Positions 29,987 through 40,608 of a stretch of DNA of 64,000 nt are shown one piece after another. The notes under the pieces are model-generated. The model did no database searches. It had not been told where the DNA came from and saw nothing but the letters and a program-made list of their open reading frames with translations. Origin of the DNA: a virus (lineage: Duplodnaviria > Caudoviricetes); IMG/VR virus record IMGVR_UViG_3300028591_000146, positions 1-64,000 of that record. The stretch is one strand, 5' to 3'. The position numbers and the translations under genes were made by a program. Positions within the stretch are counted from its first letter, which is position 1. Each line of letters opens with the position of its first letter.

Positions 29987-31042
29987 ATGAATAAAGTAAT
30001 TATAGGCTTAGGCAATACAGGTAGCGTTATCGTTCGTGAGGTTGCAAAGAAGAATCTCAATGATGTTATACTGTTCGCAATCGACTCACAGACAAGACAT
30101 ATATCACTTGATGATGTTGCTTCAATCAAGTATATTCCGATCATCGCTGATGACAATGATGGTTCCGGTAGAGACCGTGAGCGTGGTCGTGAAATGTTCC
30201 TCTGGAATAGCAATAACGGCAAGCTTGATGAGATGTATGAAATCTGTAAAGAGACTGATACAATCTTCGTTGTTACATCAGCTGCAGGTGGTACAGGTTC
30301 TGGTAGCTGTCCAGCACTTTGCAAACAGCTCAAAACACGTAATGAATATTGCAACATCATCCCAATAATCATATGCCCGAACATGGATGATCCGGATGCA
30401 TATCACCTCAACACAACAGACCTCATGGTTGAGCTCGGTGATGTTGGTATCAGAACATACATGATCTTCCGTAATCCTAATTCATCAGACTACAGAAAGG
30501 TCAATGCTGAAATCGTTGAAGCTATTGATATTTTGCTTGGTAATAAGTATGAGACAACAGACAACGATTCAATCGATGCATCAGATCTGAATAACATCCT
30601 CATGGTTGATGGAAGGCTCTTCGCAATATCTGTATCAGGAGATTCTGTTGATGAAGTTAGTAGAAAGCTTGCAAAGGAAATAGTATCATCATATCAGCCG
30701 ACATGGGATCCTTCTGATAGAGGTTACGGAGTTGCAGCATTCTCAATGAAATCCATCAATGCTGGAGAAGATTCAAAGATTGTATTTGATGATATCCTTC
30801 CTAAGATTGAGCATTGTTCAGACAGATACAAGAATATCGTTATAGATGATAATAATGGTAAGATCGATGTATCTCTCATAGTTGCAGGACTTCAGCCAGT
30901 AGACTTCAAGACCATAGAAGTTAACTATACAGAGACAGCATCAATCAGTGAGAACCTCAAGAAAGCAGAGCGTCCAGCATTCATGACAAAACGCAAGAGA
31001 CGTTCATTTGCAGAATTCGAAAAAGAAATGAGTAAGAAATAA
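29987..31042 (+). CDS. Tubulin/FtsZ-family GTPase (PhuZ/TubZ-like)
   Basis: IIGLGNTG, GSGRDRERG, tubulin signature AGGTGSG, T7-loop IDASDL, basic C-terminal tail. Confidence 0.9.
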   Translation: MNKVIIGLGNTGSVIVREVAKKNLNDVILFAIDSQTRHISLDDVASIKYIPIIADDNDGSGRDRERGREMFLWNSNNGKLDEMYEICKETDTIFVVTSAAGGTGSGSCPALCKQLKTRNEYCNIIPIIICPNMDDPDAYHLNTTDLMVELGDVGIRTYMIFRNPNSSDYRKVNAEIVEAIDILLGNKYETTDNDSIDASDLNNILMVDGRLFAISVSGDSVDEVSRKLAKEIVSSYQPTWDPSDRGYGVAAFSMKSINAGEDSKIVFDDILPKIEHCSDRYKNIVIDDNNGKIDVSLIVAGLQPVDFKTIEVNYTETASISENLKKAERPAFMTKRKRRSFAEFEKEMSKK

Positions 31043-31054
31043 TGTATAAAATCC

Positions 31055-31086
31055 GTCCGGATTGTAGCCCTACCTATAATCCGGAC
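31055..31086. terminator. Long stem-loop after tubulin gene
   Basis: GTCCGGATTGTAG/CTATAATCCGGAC. Confidence 0.55.
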
Positions 31087-31137
31087 TTGACATATACATA
31101 TAATTATTCTGGTAACACGGTACAGCTGTGTATCCAA

Positions 31138-31264
31138 AATAGGATCAATTGATTGTCGAATAAATTAATAAAGGAGGATATACTGACGGATTGGTTCTAT
31201 TAAATCTCATGTCGACAGTGAGATAGCTTGGTTCCTCCCAAGTAGTCAGTAGAAATTTACCATG
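31138..31264 (+). ncRNA. Structured cis-acting leader RNA, copy 2
   Basis: P1 AATAGGATCAATT/GATTGGTTCTATT; P2 TACTGAC/GTCAGTA; hairpins ATCTCA/TGAGAT and CTTGG/CCAAG; conserved GTCGA..TAAATT..AATAAAGGAGGATATACTG and AAAT.TACCATG. Confidence 0.65.
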
Positions 31265-32149
31265 GTAAGACTTATGGACACGGATGAAGTGTGTCTGGAT
31301 TCTGTAGAGTCATATCTCAGAAGAACAGGTGCACCAATTCCAAGAAACCCGGAAGAAGAACTTGTCATCAAAAAGCATGCACGTGACATGTTATATTCCG
31401 ACATCGCCAACAGACTCCCAAGAATTTCAGCATATCTGCTTGAAGTCGGAGACTCTGAAGAAAAGGCTAAAGCACTGAGATTCGCAATCGAACATCATTG
31501 TATGGATGCAGCATTTGTGAATGTTGTAATGCAAAGACTTGCAACAAACGGATTCCTTGAAGATGCACATCTTGTTGGAGCACTGTTTGTGACAGTAATC
31601 AATAAGTATTTTGAGGATCACAAACCTACATCCAAGATGAAGGCTGAAGAGATTGAGGATCTTCAGAAGAAGAATGTTCGTGAGACTCAGCATCTCAAGA
31701 ATGCAATCTCTGTACTTCTCAAGGATATCATTGTTAATGTAAGAGAGCTCTGTCCAGGACTCGACGAAGACGTTGAAGTTCCAGCAATCGCAGGAGCAAT
31801 CGCTGTAAACAATGAGACAACTCTTACAGAACTCATGAACTTTGAGAAACAGCTCACTGCTGATATCTTCAAGGTATATACAGATCCTGAGAAGATCATC
31901 AGAGCAGCACTTCTGATGAAGAAGAACAACTATCTGAAGCTCACAGCTAATCAGCAGAAGTTCGTTCAGTCTCTCAAGGATTTCGTATTCAGCAAGCTCG
32001 ATAGTCTCGATATGACACAGTGCTACAGATTCCTCTTATCTGTATATAATGATATGAAGCCTAAGACTGCAGAATATCTTATATGCATTACAGATGTATC
32101 TAAGGCACAGTATCCTAATCTTCACGAAGTCGTAAATCAGTTCAAATAA
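31262..32149 (+). CDS. Hypothetical alpha-helical protein behind structured leader
   Basis: 295 aa; no SD at normal spacing; ATG in TACCATG context. Confidence 0.8.
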   Translation: MVRLMDTDEVCLDSVESYLRRTGAPIPRNPEEELVIKKHARDMLYSDIANRLPRISAYLLEVGDSEEKAKALRFAIEHHCMDAAFVNVVMQRLATNGFLEDAHLVGALFVTVINKYFEDHKPTSKMKAEEIEDLQKKNVRETQHLKNAISVLLKDIIVNVRELCPGLDEDVEVPAIAGAIAVNNETTLTELMNFEKQLTADIFKVYTDPEKIIRAALLMKKNNYLKLTANQQKFVQSLKDFVFSKLDSLDMTQCYRFLLSVYNDMKPKTAEYLICITDVSKAQYPNLHEVVNQFK

Positions 32150-32163
32150 GGAGGACGAAAATA

Positions 32164-32709
32164 ATGGATAACAACGCACAGTTCAGAATCTCGCCTCAGG
32201 TAGTTGAAGCACTGAGACCGATTATCTCTGATATGACAAGAGTCATGGCATTCCAGCAGGCACACGCTGGTGACACAAACTATAAGGTTCCCGACTGGGT
32301 ATCAGCTGCAAAGAGATGCTGCTGTCATGTAGTATTCGATGGACGTCAGCAGGCTAAGCTTGCAATCGCAAAGCGTTCTGATGGAAAACTCTGGTGCACA
32401 GCATGTGGAAGAGAGATCTCAACTGATTTCGGAAAGGATTCAACTGAGAAACTTCTTGCTGCAATCGCAGAAGTAAACAAGGTTCTTCTCTTCGGAGTTA
32501 TTAATGGTCTTGATCCTAAGGCTGCTCAGTCTATCGTATCTGTAAAGGCTGTAATGCCTGATATCGTTCAGATGAATACAGAACTCAACCAGAAGCTTGA
32601 TAACAACCAGAAGGCCGCTAAGGTTACAGGTGCTATCGGCGATGAGTACAGAGGCGAATTCGCAGCAATGTACAATACAGGTGATGCATTCACAACAATG
32701 CACGGTTGA
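32164..32709 (+). CDS. Hypothetical protein with probable Zn-binding site
   Basis: 181 aa, SD AAGGAGG; CCCH...CTAC. Confidence 0.75.
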   Translation: MDNNAQFRISPQVVEALRPIISDMTRVMAFQQAHAGDTNYKVPDWVSAAKRCCCHVVFDGRQQAKLAIAKRSDGKLWCTACGREISTDFGKDSTEKLLAAIAEVNKVLLFGVINGLDPKAAQSIVSVKAVMPDIVQMNTELNQKLDNNQKAAKVTGAIGDEYRGEFAAMYNTGDAFTTMHG

Positions 32710-32715
32710 TGATTT

Positions 32716-32745
32716 AGAGGAGGGCGTGAAGCCCTCCTCTTTTTT
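32716..32745 (+). terminator. Intrinsic terminator between convergent genes
   Basis: AGAGGAGGGC-GTGAA-GCCCTCCTCT-TTTTT. Confidence 0.8.
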
Positions 32746-34013
32746 CAACATAAACTTATTGTCGTTTTACCAGTGAACTTACCACTGCCAATGTTCGTAA
32801 ATACATCAGTAACTTGCATCGGTCTGTAAACTCTATCGATATTTATTCCACGTGGAAGATTATCGAATGTAAATGTAAATCTGTTGAATGCATGATATAA
32901 AACAGGACGTATGTAAGCAAGATCCATTGAAACATCGATCTGAGTATTCTTTTCTTCAACAAGTGTTTTGTACATTGATGTCAAGAAATTATTTTTTGTT
33001 TTGTGGATTAAACTTGGAGCTGTAATGTTTGATGAATATGAACGTTTGAATGTTTCTTTTAATTCAGATGATTCGACATCAAAATCTTCAACATTGATTG
33101 CTGAGAATATCTTTGGATTGACAGTTTGTTCAATATCTGTAGCACTCTTGATTGATACAGCTGTATCGGTAGTTATTGCTGTGCAAGACAATTCACCCGT
33201 AAGATTTGAATTATAATATAAACCTGAAAATGTATTTCCAGCTTTATATGAAGTGACTCTGATGTTTATTGTGTTATTGTGTAATAATTGGATATCTCGA
33301 CTTAATGGACCTAATATTATATAACCAGATCCAGCATCAGTTGTTAACATCGCTCCAGATTTGTATAAACCATAATATGAATCCAAATAGGAAATTGCAT
33401 CGATAAACGATAGATTCGGTATGAGTATCTGATCAAATTTTTCATTGTTATCTAATGAAGCTACTGTACCTTTCAAATTACATTCATTAGCCATGTAATT
33501 GATTACTTCCATAAGTGTTGTGTTCTTGAATATCGATGTGACTTTGCGTTTGATATTCCTTATAGCTTCTTCATCATAACAGTATAGAGTTATTGGTACC
33601 TTCGATGTAGTATTCAGAGAATCATCTTTTTTGATACCTTGTTGATAGTTATCGTACTCAGAGTACGGTGTATTCTTGGATTCAATGTAACATCTAAGCT
33701 TTTTATTTTGATATATACCAAATGCTGATGTTTCTAATGTTCTTCCGAAAGTTTTATCTTCCTGATTGATTTCACAAATATCTCGAGTTGCACTGATAGT
33801 CATGTCGAGATTCTTAGGATTCTCATTTATATATGTGAGAGTTGTGATATCAGTATAGAGACGAATACGAAACATTGGAAAGATGTTGTTATTGAAATCC
33901 TGTTGTATTGAAATAGAAACGACATCATCCTTAGATATTAACAACGGTGATGATACATTATTTATTAGAGTGATATCGAATCTGAGAATTGTGGCACACA
34001 TTAAATTATCCAT
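32745..34013 (-). CDS. Putative baseplate hub / tail-tip protein
   Basis: FPMFRIRL, FDQILIPNL, YLDSYYGLYKSG resemble jumbo-phage hub proteins as I recall them; ATG 34013. Confidence 0.45.
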   Translation of the reverse strand: MDNLMCATILRFDITLINNVSSPLLISKDDVVSISIQQDFNNNIFPMFRIRLYTDITTLTYINENPKNLDMTISATRDICEINQEDKTFGRTLETSAFGIYQNKKLRCYIESKNTPYSEYDNYQQGIKKDDSLNTTSKVPITLYCYDEEAIRNIKRKVTSIFKNTTLMEVINYMANECNLKGTVASLDNNEKFDQILIPNLSFIDAISYLDSYYGLYKSGAMLTTDAGSGYIILGPLSRDIQLLHNNTINIRVTSYKAGNTFSGLYYNSNLTGELSCTAITTDTAVSIKSATDIEQTVNPKIFSAINVEDFDVESSELKETFKRSYSSNITAPSLIHKTKNNFLTSMYKTLVEEKNTQIDVSMDLAYIRPVLYHAFNRFTFTFDNLPRGINIDRVYRPMQVTDVFTNIGSGKFTGKTTISLC

Positions 34014-34086
34014 TATAAGACCCCCAGACAAAATTGTAATCTCGCTTTATAAAGCGTTATGAATATTAAATAAAGGACGTGAATTT

Positions 34087-35031
34087 ATGATTCAGATTAT
34101 ACAGGAAACAGCACTACCGAAATTATCTCAGACTTCATTGTATGAGAAATTCAACGAAACTTCTGATCTCAGTAATGGTGTTCGTGAAGAGATCAAGAAG
34201 ATGAAAGAGTATAGAGTAAACCCTGAACATATTCAGGAGGTTATTTCAATAATGAAACTCAATGGTGATGCTATCTGCAAGAAAGCAATCGAAGCTGTCA
34301 TCAAAGGTGAAATCATCATTCTTGATAATAAGGAAACATCTAAGATTCCAGTATGTCTTCCATACATCATAATCTCTAAGGATGGTAAACATACAGCATT
34401 TGTATTTGCTAATACATTCCTTGACGTTATTACATCACTACAAGAAACACCTAAACTCATGGCTGTACTTGAAGCTGCGTATCTTGCATTATGTATCACT
34501 CGTAAACAGAATGATTTCATAATGAACTCACAGCTAATGTTAACTTTGTGTAAGGTTTGGTTGGTAATGGTTACAGCTCCACTCCAACAAAAACTCTACA
34601 TGAAGGGTGATAATCTTAACAAAGCGATGTTGTATCTCATCACATATTTCTACATGTTATTCAGAGATGTCAATGAGCTTGATGCTACATCAATCCCATA
34701 TGCAAAGATTATGGATGACAAGATTGATGCTAAGATTGCAGCTTCTATTATTGAAGATGCTAAAACTATAGGTTCTCAGAACTTCATGGATATTATCAAT
34801 AAGATTAAGAAGATAAATGCTATACGTTATAAAGACTTGGATTCCATGTATATGTCATACTTCACAACTGTATGTGGAACCCCATTGATATTCAGTATCG
34901 AAAATATCTCATATCTGTTCTTGTTGCTTACTTCTTCAGCATACAAAACTAACATGACTGGATATGGTCTGAATAAACTTGTGCAACTCACATCAAGAAA
35001 GATACTCAATGTAATGTCAAGTATAGTATAA
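34087..35031 (+). CDS. Hypothetical protein, probably virion-associated
   Basis: 314 aa, first gene of an operon with late-type promoter at 34027. Confidence 0.65.
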   Translation: MIQIIQETALPKLSQTSLYEKFNETSDLSNGVREEIKKMKEYRVNPEHIQEVISIMKLNGDAICKKAIEAVIKGEIIILDNKETSKIPVCLPYIIISKDGKHTAFVFANTFLDVITSLQETPKLMAVLEAAYLALCITRKQNDFIMNSQLMLTLCKVWLVMVTAPLQQKLYMKGDNLNKAMLYLITYFYMLFRDVNELDATSIPYAKIMDDKIDAKIAASIIEDAKTIGSQNFMDIINKIKKINAIRYKDLDSMYMSYFTTVCGTPLIFSIENISYLFLLLTSSAYKTNMTGYGLNKLVQLTSRKILNVMSSIV

Positions 35032-35049
35032 TCCCAAGGTGGTGATTAT

Positions 35050-36630
35050 ATGGCAAAGAATAAAAAAGACTATAAAGAAGGATGGATGACTGATGTTCTG
35101 CTGCACCCAGATACACACAATGCTGGTGGTTATCCTAGAACTGATACTCCTCCGTATTTGAGTCCTGAAGAAAAAACTCTCACTCCTGAAGATCATTTTG
35201 TTCATGCTGTCGAAGCTATCAGGATCAGTAAAGAAAATTTCTATACTACAGATCCAAGTATGCATCTGACAAAGGATATCAATGACATGAATCTGGCAGA
35301 TATACCAGCATATCATAAAGAATTAAAGAATGATGGTAGTATCATGGATGTTCCTGATTTCACTGGTAGTACAACGAATGTGAATCCGTTGAATGATCCT
35401 GTGAAACAGGAAATACTTGATACTGAGATGGCTTATTATGAAGAGACTAATGATCGTACCAAGATATCACCTATAGCACCATTCATTCGTTCGGATCCGA
35501 AGATTGCTCATAGATCCATCATGTTCTCATATAATAGAACAAAGACTCCAGTTGCTGATGTTGAATGGCGGAAAGGATTCCGCCATTTATTTTTCACTCG
35601 TCCTGAGTGTTATGTAATGTGCAGAGACAATGGAATCAAGCTTTGTTCACAAGCTGAGAATGATGAGGAATTCGCCTCAACATATACAAGACTCCCACAT
35701 GTTGTTCAGATGTTAGCTCCTGTATATGTAACAGGCTCATTTGATAATGATAAGCTTATATCTAATTGGCATTATCTATTATCTAACAGAATAGATGGAT
35801 TCAACTCGACTGGTACAACAATTGGTATCAATGAAAATACCGGCAAATCAGCACGGGGTTATTCAATCACTCCGGGTACATTCATAAATTCAAATATTGG
35901 TTCTACATTTGAAGCGTCATTCAGTGAAACCAAAAATCTTGAATGTTATGAAACATTGAGATTATGGATGATGTATATCAGTAAACGTCACAGTGGTATG
36001 TTTGCTCCATCATATAATGGATATCTGTACGATAATAATTTCTATGAACCTGGTAAAGTAGTTGGTGAAGGAAAGATATTACATCCATACGATAGAGCAC
36101 TTGATTATGCTGCAACATTATTTGACATTGTAACGAATGAATCTGGTACAAAGATTCTGTACTGGTGCAAATATTATGGAATATTCCCAGTATCTGCAAC
36201 ACCGTCATTAACAAATTCAAACAATGGTCCAATCACAAATGTTAAAACATCAGCTACATTCAGGTATATGTTCAAAGTTGAAAACACTAACAAAGCTTTG
36301 TTGGAGTTCAACTACAACGCTGGTATTGTTGGTAAGACTGGAAAGCTTAATCCAGCGGGTGAAACACTTGCAAGTGATGTACAAGAGTCATTACCATTCC
36401 TTTTGAAAGATGAAGTCAATGACAAATATATCGGTGCTGCAGGAATGTTTACTGGTTCACCATATATTGTAATGGGACCTGATTACCAGACAGATCTTCT
36501 TAGTGCTAGTACACTTACAGTACCATACTTGAGATTTGCAAATATCAATAACAAATCTGTCAATAAGGAAATGAACCAGAATATCATCAATGATAACACT
36601 TACATATCATTGAATCCAATATCATTATAA
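35050..36630 (+). CDS. Putative tail-tube-fold baseplate/structural protein
   Basis: FFTRPE, LLSNR, LRLWMMYI, ILYWCKYYGIFP; pattern parallels tube-like ORF 52796..53977. Confidence 0.45.
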   Translation: MAKNKKDYKEGWMTDVLLHPDTHNAGGYPRTDTPPYLSPEEKTLTPEDHFVHAVEAIRISKENFYTTDPSMHLTKDINDMNLADIPAYHKELKNDGSIMDVPDFTGSTTNVNPLNDPVKQEILDTEMAYYEETNDRTKISPIAPFIRSDPKIAHRSIMFSYNRTKTPVADVEWRKGFRHLFFTRPECYVMCRDNGIKLCSQAENDEEFASTYTRLPHVVQMLAPVYVTGSFDNDKLISNWHYLLSNRIDGFNSTGTTIGINENTGKSARGYSITPGTFINSNIGSTFEASFSETKNLECYETLRLWMMYISKRHSGMFAPSYNGYLYDNNFYEPGKVVGEGKILHPYDRALDYAATLFDIVTNESGTKILYWCKYYGIFPVSATPSLTNSNNGPITNVKTSATFRYMFKVENTNKALLEFNYNAGIVGKTGKLNPAGETLASDVQESLPFLLKDEVNDKYIGAAGMFTGSPYIVMGPDYQTDLLSASTLTVPYLRFANINNKSVNKEMNQNIINDNTYISLNPISL

Positions 36631-36648
36631 GAAAGGAGTGTGATATAA

Positions 36649-38991
36649 ATGCCTACTAATAATCAAGATATCATCAATGGTTTGATGGCGGATCTTACTG
36701 GTAAACCTGCAATGTCTGGTGGTGGTGTATCTATCACCAAAGAAGAGATTCAGGATACGATTACCAGAATCTTCAAACAATACAATCTGTCAACAGACAA
36801 ATCATTTGTTACTAAGATTGCTCAGATCAAATGGGATGATAAGACTCAAGGAATTGATCTTGATTCAATTCCTCAGGAACTTCAAGATGCTGCATTTCTT
36901 CCAGTTAATACTATAGCAGATATAGCATTACGTCAAGACTTGGATCTGGTTATATCACAGATACCAGAATGGTTCGTTGCATTACAGATTACTCGTGATG
37001 CAATATGTGAGTCAGATGTTGTTACTGGTAGAATGGCAAGAAATATCACATTTGATAGAACCAATCTTCCTGAAGAAGAAGTCAATAGCATTATGGAGAA
37101 GATCAATGATGTTGAAGAACGTCTCGATCTTGATTCTATTATAAAGAACCACGTCGTATTCAACACACTCGAATATGGTGAAGGTTATTTGTATACAATC
37201 CCATATGCTAAAGTATTCCAGGATCTCTATAAGTTCAAAAACTCAAAGAGTACAAAGAACAAAAAAGACAAGTCCAACATAATGACCAACATGTTTCAAC
37301 ACCAACAGAACATGAAAGGTTATGGTTACAGTGAAACATTTGAAGTATCTTTGAAAGATGCTATTATAAATGAACACACTGTTCATGGTACTCCCGAAAG
37401 TGTATTCACTGAATCGGAAATCATGGATCTCTACCCCTGGTATCATGATTCATCTGTTAAAGATCAGAAGAAATTCTCTGATGATGTTGATAATGATATC
37501 GATTACATCTCTCAGAATATCACATATGTTGAACAGGATGTTGCACTTCCAGTAATTGAAGAGAGTGAATTTGAAATCCGTGAAGCCTACAAAGCCCATA
37601 TGAACAAAGGTAAATATGATGGATTCAATTCATTTGTTCAAGAACATGATATCTTCACTGAAGTAAATAATCAGGATGATAACAATGATGGAATTCTTAA
37701 TGAATTCTCTAATATCAGAGGTATCTATCTTAGAATACTTCCATCAACAAAACTGATTCCAATCAGAATTGATAGAGAAGTAATTGGTTATTACTACATA
37801 TCTGATATGACTAAGACTGAGGAATCTGGTCAGCGTAAGAACTCTGGATTGACTGGATATACTCTTAGATCTCCATCAGTTGGATATGATACATTCTCAC
37901 CAGACCAGATGTTCTGTGAGAAGCTTGCAACTAAGATAATCAATAACTTCAACATCAAGTTCATGAGAGACAATACAACTCTTCACAAACAGATTGTCTC
38001 AATACTCATGTCTCATAAGTTTAATGAAGCAATGTTGAGATTCATATTCATTCCTGCTGAACATGTTATCCAGTTCTCTATCAATAAGGATGGTATGAAT
38101 AAAGGACATTCAATGCTCGAACCTGGTTTGGTTACTGCGAGAATGTACATGTTCTTGAAACTGTATTCATTGTTATTCCAGATAAACAATTCTGCTGTCA
38201 GAGTTTACTATCTCCACATGTCAGGTATTGATCACGACTACAGACAACTTATCCAGAATACAATAAGAAAATTTGCAGCTCGTCGTATTACTGCAAATGA
38301 TATCTTTAATTACAGATCATCAATGAACAAAGTATCCGGTGGTTCTGAATTGATTATGCCTATGGGTGCTGGTGATAAAGCTCCTATTACATTCGATAAG
38401 ATCGAACCAGCTGATGCTCCGATCAATAATGAACTGCTTGAGCAGCTCAAGAATGAAGCAATCAACTCAACTCCAGTTCCTTCATTGATGGTTCAGACTG
38501 GTGGTCAATCTGAAATTGAGTTTGCTAAAGAAACTGAACTTGCAAACACAAGATTCAATACAATGATTTCTTCATATAAACTTGATTTCAATAAAGATGC
38601 AACCTGGTTGTATCGTCGTATCATGAGATGGGAGACTGATATTCCTGAAGAACTTATTGCAACAATGCATTATGTTCTTAGAATGCCTATGAGAAAACAG
38701 CTTGAAGTTACAAGTGAAATGATTCAGAACTTTGAATCATTAACTGAAATGCTTGTTAAGACATTCCTTACAGCTGATGAAGCTAAACCTCCACAGAACA
38801 GTGAAGGATATTCAGATACAGTTCGTGAGTTCAGAAAGTTGTCTCTTGCAGATCAGATTCCACAACTCGACATTGATCATTATGAAGAACTTGCAAACAA
38901 GGCTCGTGAGAATGCTGGTAAGCTTAAACTTGCGGCTACAAATAAAGCTGAGAATCTTGTACAACAAGATGAAGAGAATATGGAAATGTAA
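36649..38991 (+). CDS. Putative portal protein
   Basis: 780 aa; NTLEYGEGYLY, LIPIRI..IGYYYI, FIPAE, GHSMLE, RVYY, VPS follow the portal motif order. Confidence 0.55.
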   Translation: MPTNNQDIINGLMADLTGKPAMSGGGVSITKEEIQDTITRIFKQYNLSTDKSFVTKIAQIKWDDKTQGIDLDSIPQELQDAAFLPVNTIADIALRQDLDLVISQIPEWFVALQITRDAICESDVVTGRMARNITFDRTNLPEEEVNSIMEKINDVEERLDLDSIIKNHVVFNTLEYGEGYLYTIPYAKVFQDLYKFKNSKSTKNKKDKSNIMTNMFQHQQNMKGYGYSETFEVSLKDAIINEHTVHGTPESVFTESEIMDLYPWYHDSSVKDQKKFSDDVDNDIDYISQNITYVEQDVALPVIEESEFEIREAYKAHMNKGKYDGFNSFVQEHDIFTEVNNQDDNNDGILNEFSNIRGIYLRILPSTKLIPIRIDREVIGYYYISDMTKTEESGQRKNSGLTGYTLRSPSVGYDTFSPDQMFCEKLATKIINNFNIKFMRDNTTLHKQIVSILMSHKFNEAMLRFIFIPAEHVIQFSINKDGMNKGHSMLEPGLVTARMYMFLKLYSLLFQINNSAVRVYYLHMSGIDHDYRQLIQNTIRKFAARRITANDIFNYRSSMNKVSGGSELIMPMGAGDKAPITFDKIEPADAPINNELLEQLKNEAINSTPVPSLMVQTGGQSEIEFAKETELANTRFNTMISSYKLDFNKDATWLYRRIMRWETDIPEELIATMHYVLRMPMRKQLEVTSEMIQNFESLTEMLVKTFLTADEAKPPQNSEGYSDTVREFRKLSLADQIPQLDIDHYEELANKARENAGKLKLAATNKAENLVQQDEENMEM

Positions 38992-39002
38992 GGTGATCAT
39001 GT

Positions 39003-40445
39003 ATGAAGATAGAGAAAACGACAACTGGTATCATTATACACGATCCATCAGATGAGATGAAACGTAAAGTATTGAGATATTTTTCACTGAAAGGTCCTGT
39101 TCGTGAATTCTTTATCTATACTGGTAAGGAATCTGCATTTCCAATATTTGGAAATCACGATACTATCTATATCACATCTGGTATTCTTGGTATTAAAGAT
39201 GAAGCTCTTCAACATATGTTGAGAGGATACAAAACTCTTGATGTTCCAACTCCAGCATCTGTTGATATTGAGGTTAATATGAAACCTCGTTCCAGATTCC
39301 AAGAAGATTGTATAAATGCTATGCTGCATTCTACTAAACCCAAACTTGCTATTGAAGCTAAGGGTGGATCCGGTAAAACGTTCATGGCATCATATGCAAT
39401 ATCTAAACTTCATCTCAAACCATTGATCATTGCACCAACTGCCAATTTGAAGAATCAGTGGATTGAGAACTTTGAAAACTTTGGTATCGACCGTAAGGAC
39501 ATCGCAACCAATATTCATGATGGAAAAAATAAGAAGATGACAATTGTTACGATTGCTGCACTTGGTAATGAACTTCGTAATGATTGGCAACAACTTATGA
39601 AATCCATCGAGGATGCTCGTTATGGTATTAAAGTTATCGATGAAGCTCACTTAGCACTCAAAGCTATTATGAGATTCGATGCTATATGTAATATCAAACA
39701 TAACTGGTATTTGTCTGCAACACTTGGTCGTAGTAGTATTGAAGAAGATGATATCCTGAATCGTATGTATCTTGATGCTGATAGATTTGTTGGAAATGCT
39801 TCATATGAAGAATACCAAAAAGAATATATCAATATCTATTTACAAGATATTCATTATAATCCGTCAAGGTTTACATGTAAACAATATTTGAAGTTTGGTA
39901 AAAAGGGTATCATAAAAGCTTCATACTATAATATGTTGATGCATTACAGAAATGGACAACCGTTCTTGAATAATGTATTGCGAATGGCTAAGATTGCAAA
40001 AAAGACTGAAACTTATGATGGTCGTATACTTATACTATTACCGATGTTGGAAATCATTGATACAGTTGCCAATATGATGAGAAAAGATCCTTTCTTTGCT
40101 GGTGCTAAGATTGGTGTCATCAATGGTAAAATGCCAATGAGAGAACGTATTCAAAGTATGGAATGTGACTACATATTATCAACAGCAGCATCCGCTGGTA
40201 CTGGTGTTGACTTTAAGAATCTTGGTTGTGTTGTAAACTTTGATCAAGCAGCATCATTAATCATCACTGAACAAATTGTAGTTCGTTTGAGAGATCGTGG
40301 AAATGAATGTTGGTATTTCGATATACGTGACATTGTTAGATATGCTAGATCTTTTGAACACTGGGGTCGTAATAGACGAATGGTATTAAGTTACATCCCT
40401 GGAGTGTATGCTGATCTCAAGAAGCTTCCAGATATACGTTGTTAA
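39003..40445 (+). CDS. SF2 DExH helicase (UvsW-like)
   Basis: GGSGKT, IIAPT, IDEAH, LSAT, GTGVD, Q..vRL.R. Confidence 0.85.
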   Translation: MKIEKTTTGIIIHDPSDEMKRKVLRYFSLKGPVREFFIYTGKESAFPIFGNHDTIYITSGILGIKDEALQHMLRGYKTLDVPTPASVDIEVNMKPRSRFQEDCINAMLHSTKPKLAIEAKGGSGKTFMASYAISKLHLKPLIIAPTANLKNQWIENFENFGIDRKDIATNIHDGKNKKMTIVTIAALGNELRNDWQQLMKSIEDARYGIKVIDEAHLALKAIMRFDAICNIKHNWYLSATLGRSSIEEDDILNRMYLDADRFVGNASYEEYQKEYINIYLQDIHYNPSRFTCKQYLKFGKKGIIKASYYNMLMHYRNGQPFLNNVLRMAKIAKKTETYDGRILILLPMLEIIDTVANMMRKDPFFAGAKIGVINGKMPMRERIQSMECDYILSTAASAGTGVDFKNLGCVVNFDQAASLIITEQIVVRLRDRGNECWYFDIRDIVRYARSFEHWGRNRRMVLSYIPGVYADLKKLPDIRC

Positions 40446-40448
40446 CAA

Positions 40449-40483
40449 GAAAAAAGAGCTCCCTGTGTGGGAGCTCTTTTTTC
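40449..40483. terminator. Bidirectional intrinsic terminator
   Basis: GAAAAAAGAGCTCCC-TGTGT-GGGAGCTCTTTTTTC. Confidence 0.85.
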
Positions 40484-40608
40484 GTTAATCTGCCGTACAT
40501 TAACAGTATATTTTACATCCCCTGTTGATATGGGATGTTGAGCTTATAGGTTAGATCAGTCCTTTAAGGACCATGATCATAACCTCGAGTATTTTTCTGC
40601 CAAACATA

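Noticed and set aside
29227-32709. Chimallin (nuclear shell) gene near tubulin
   Set aside because: Neighbouring ORFs are 181-295 aa with no motif I can tie to chimallin
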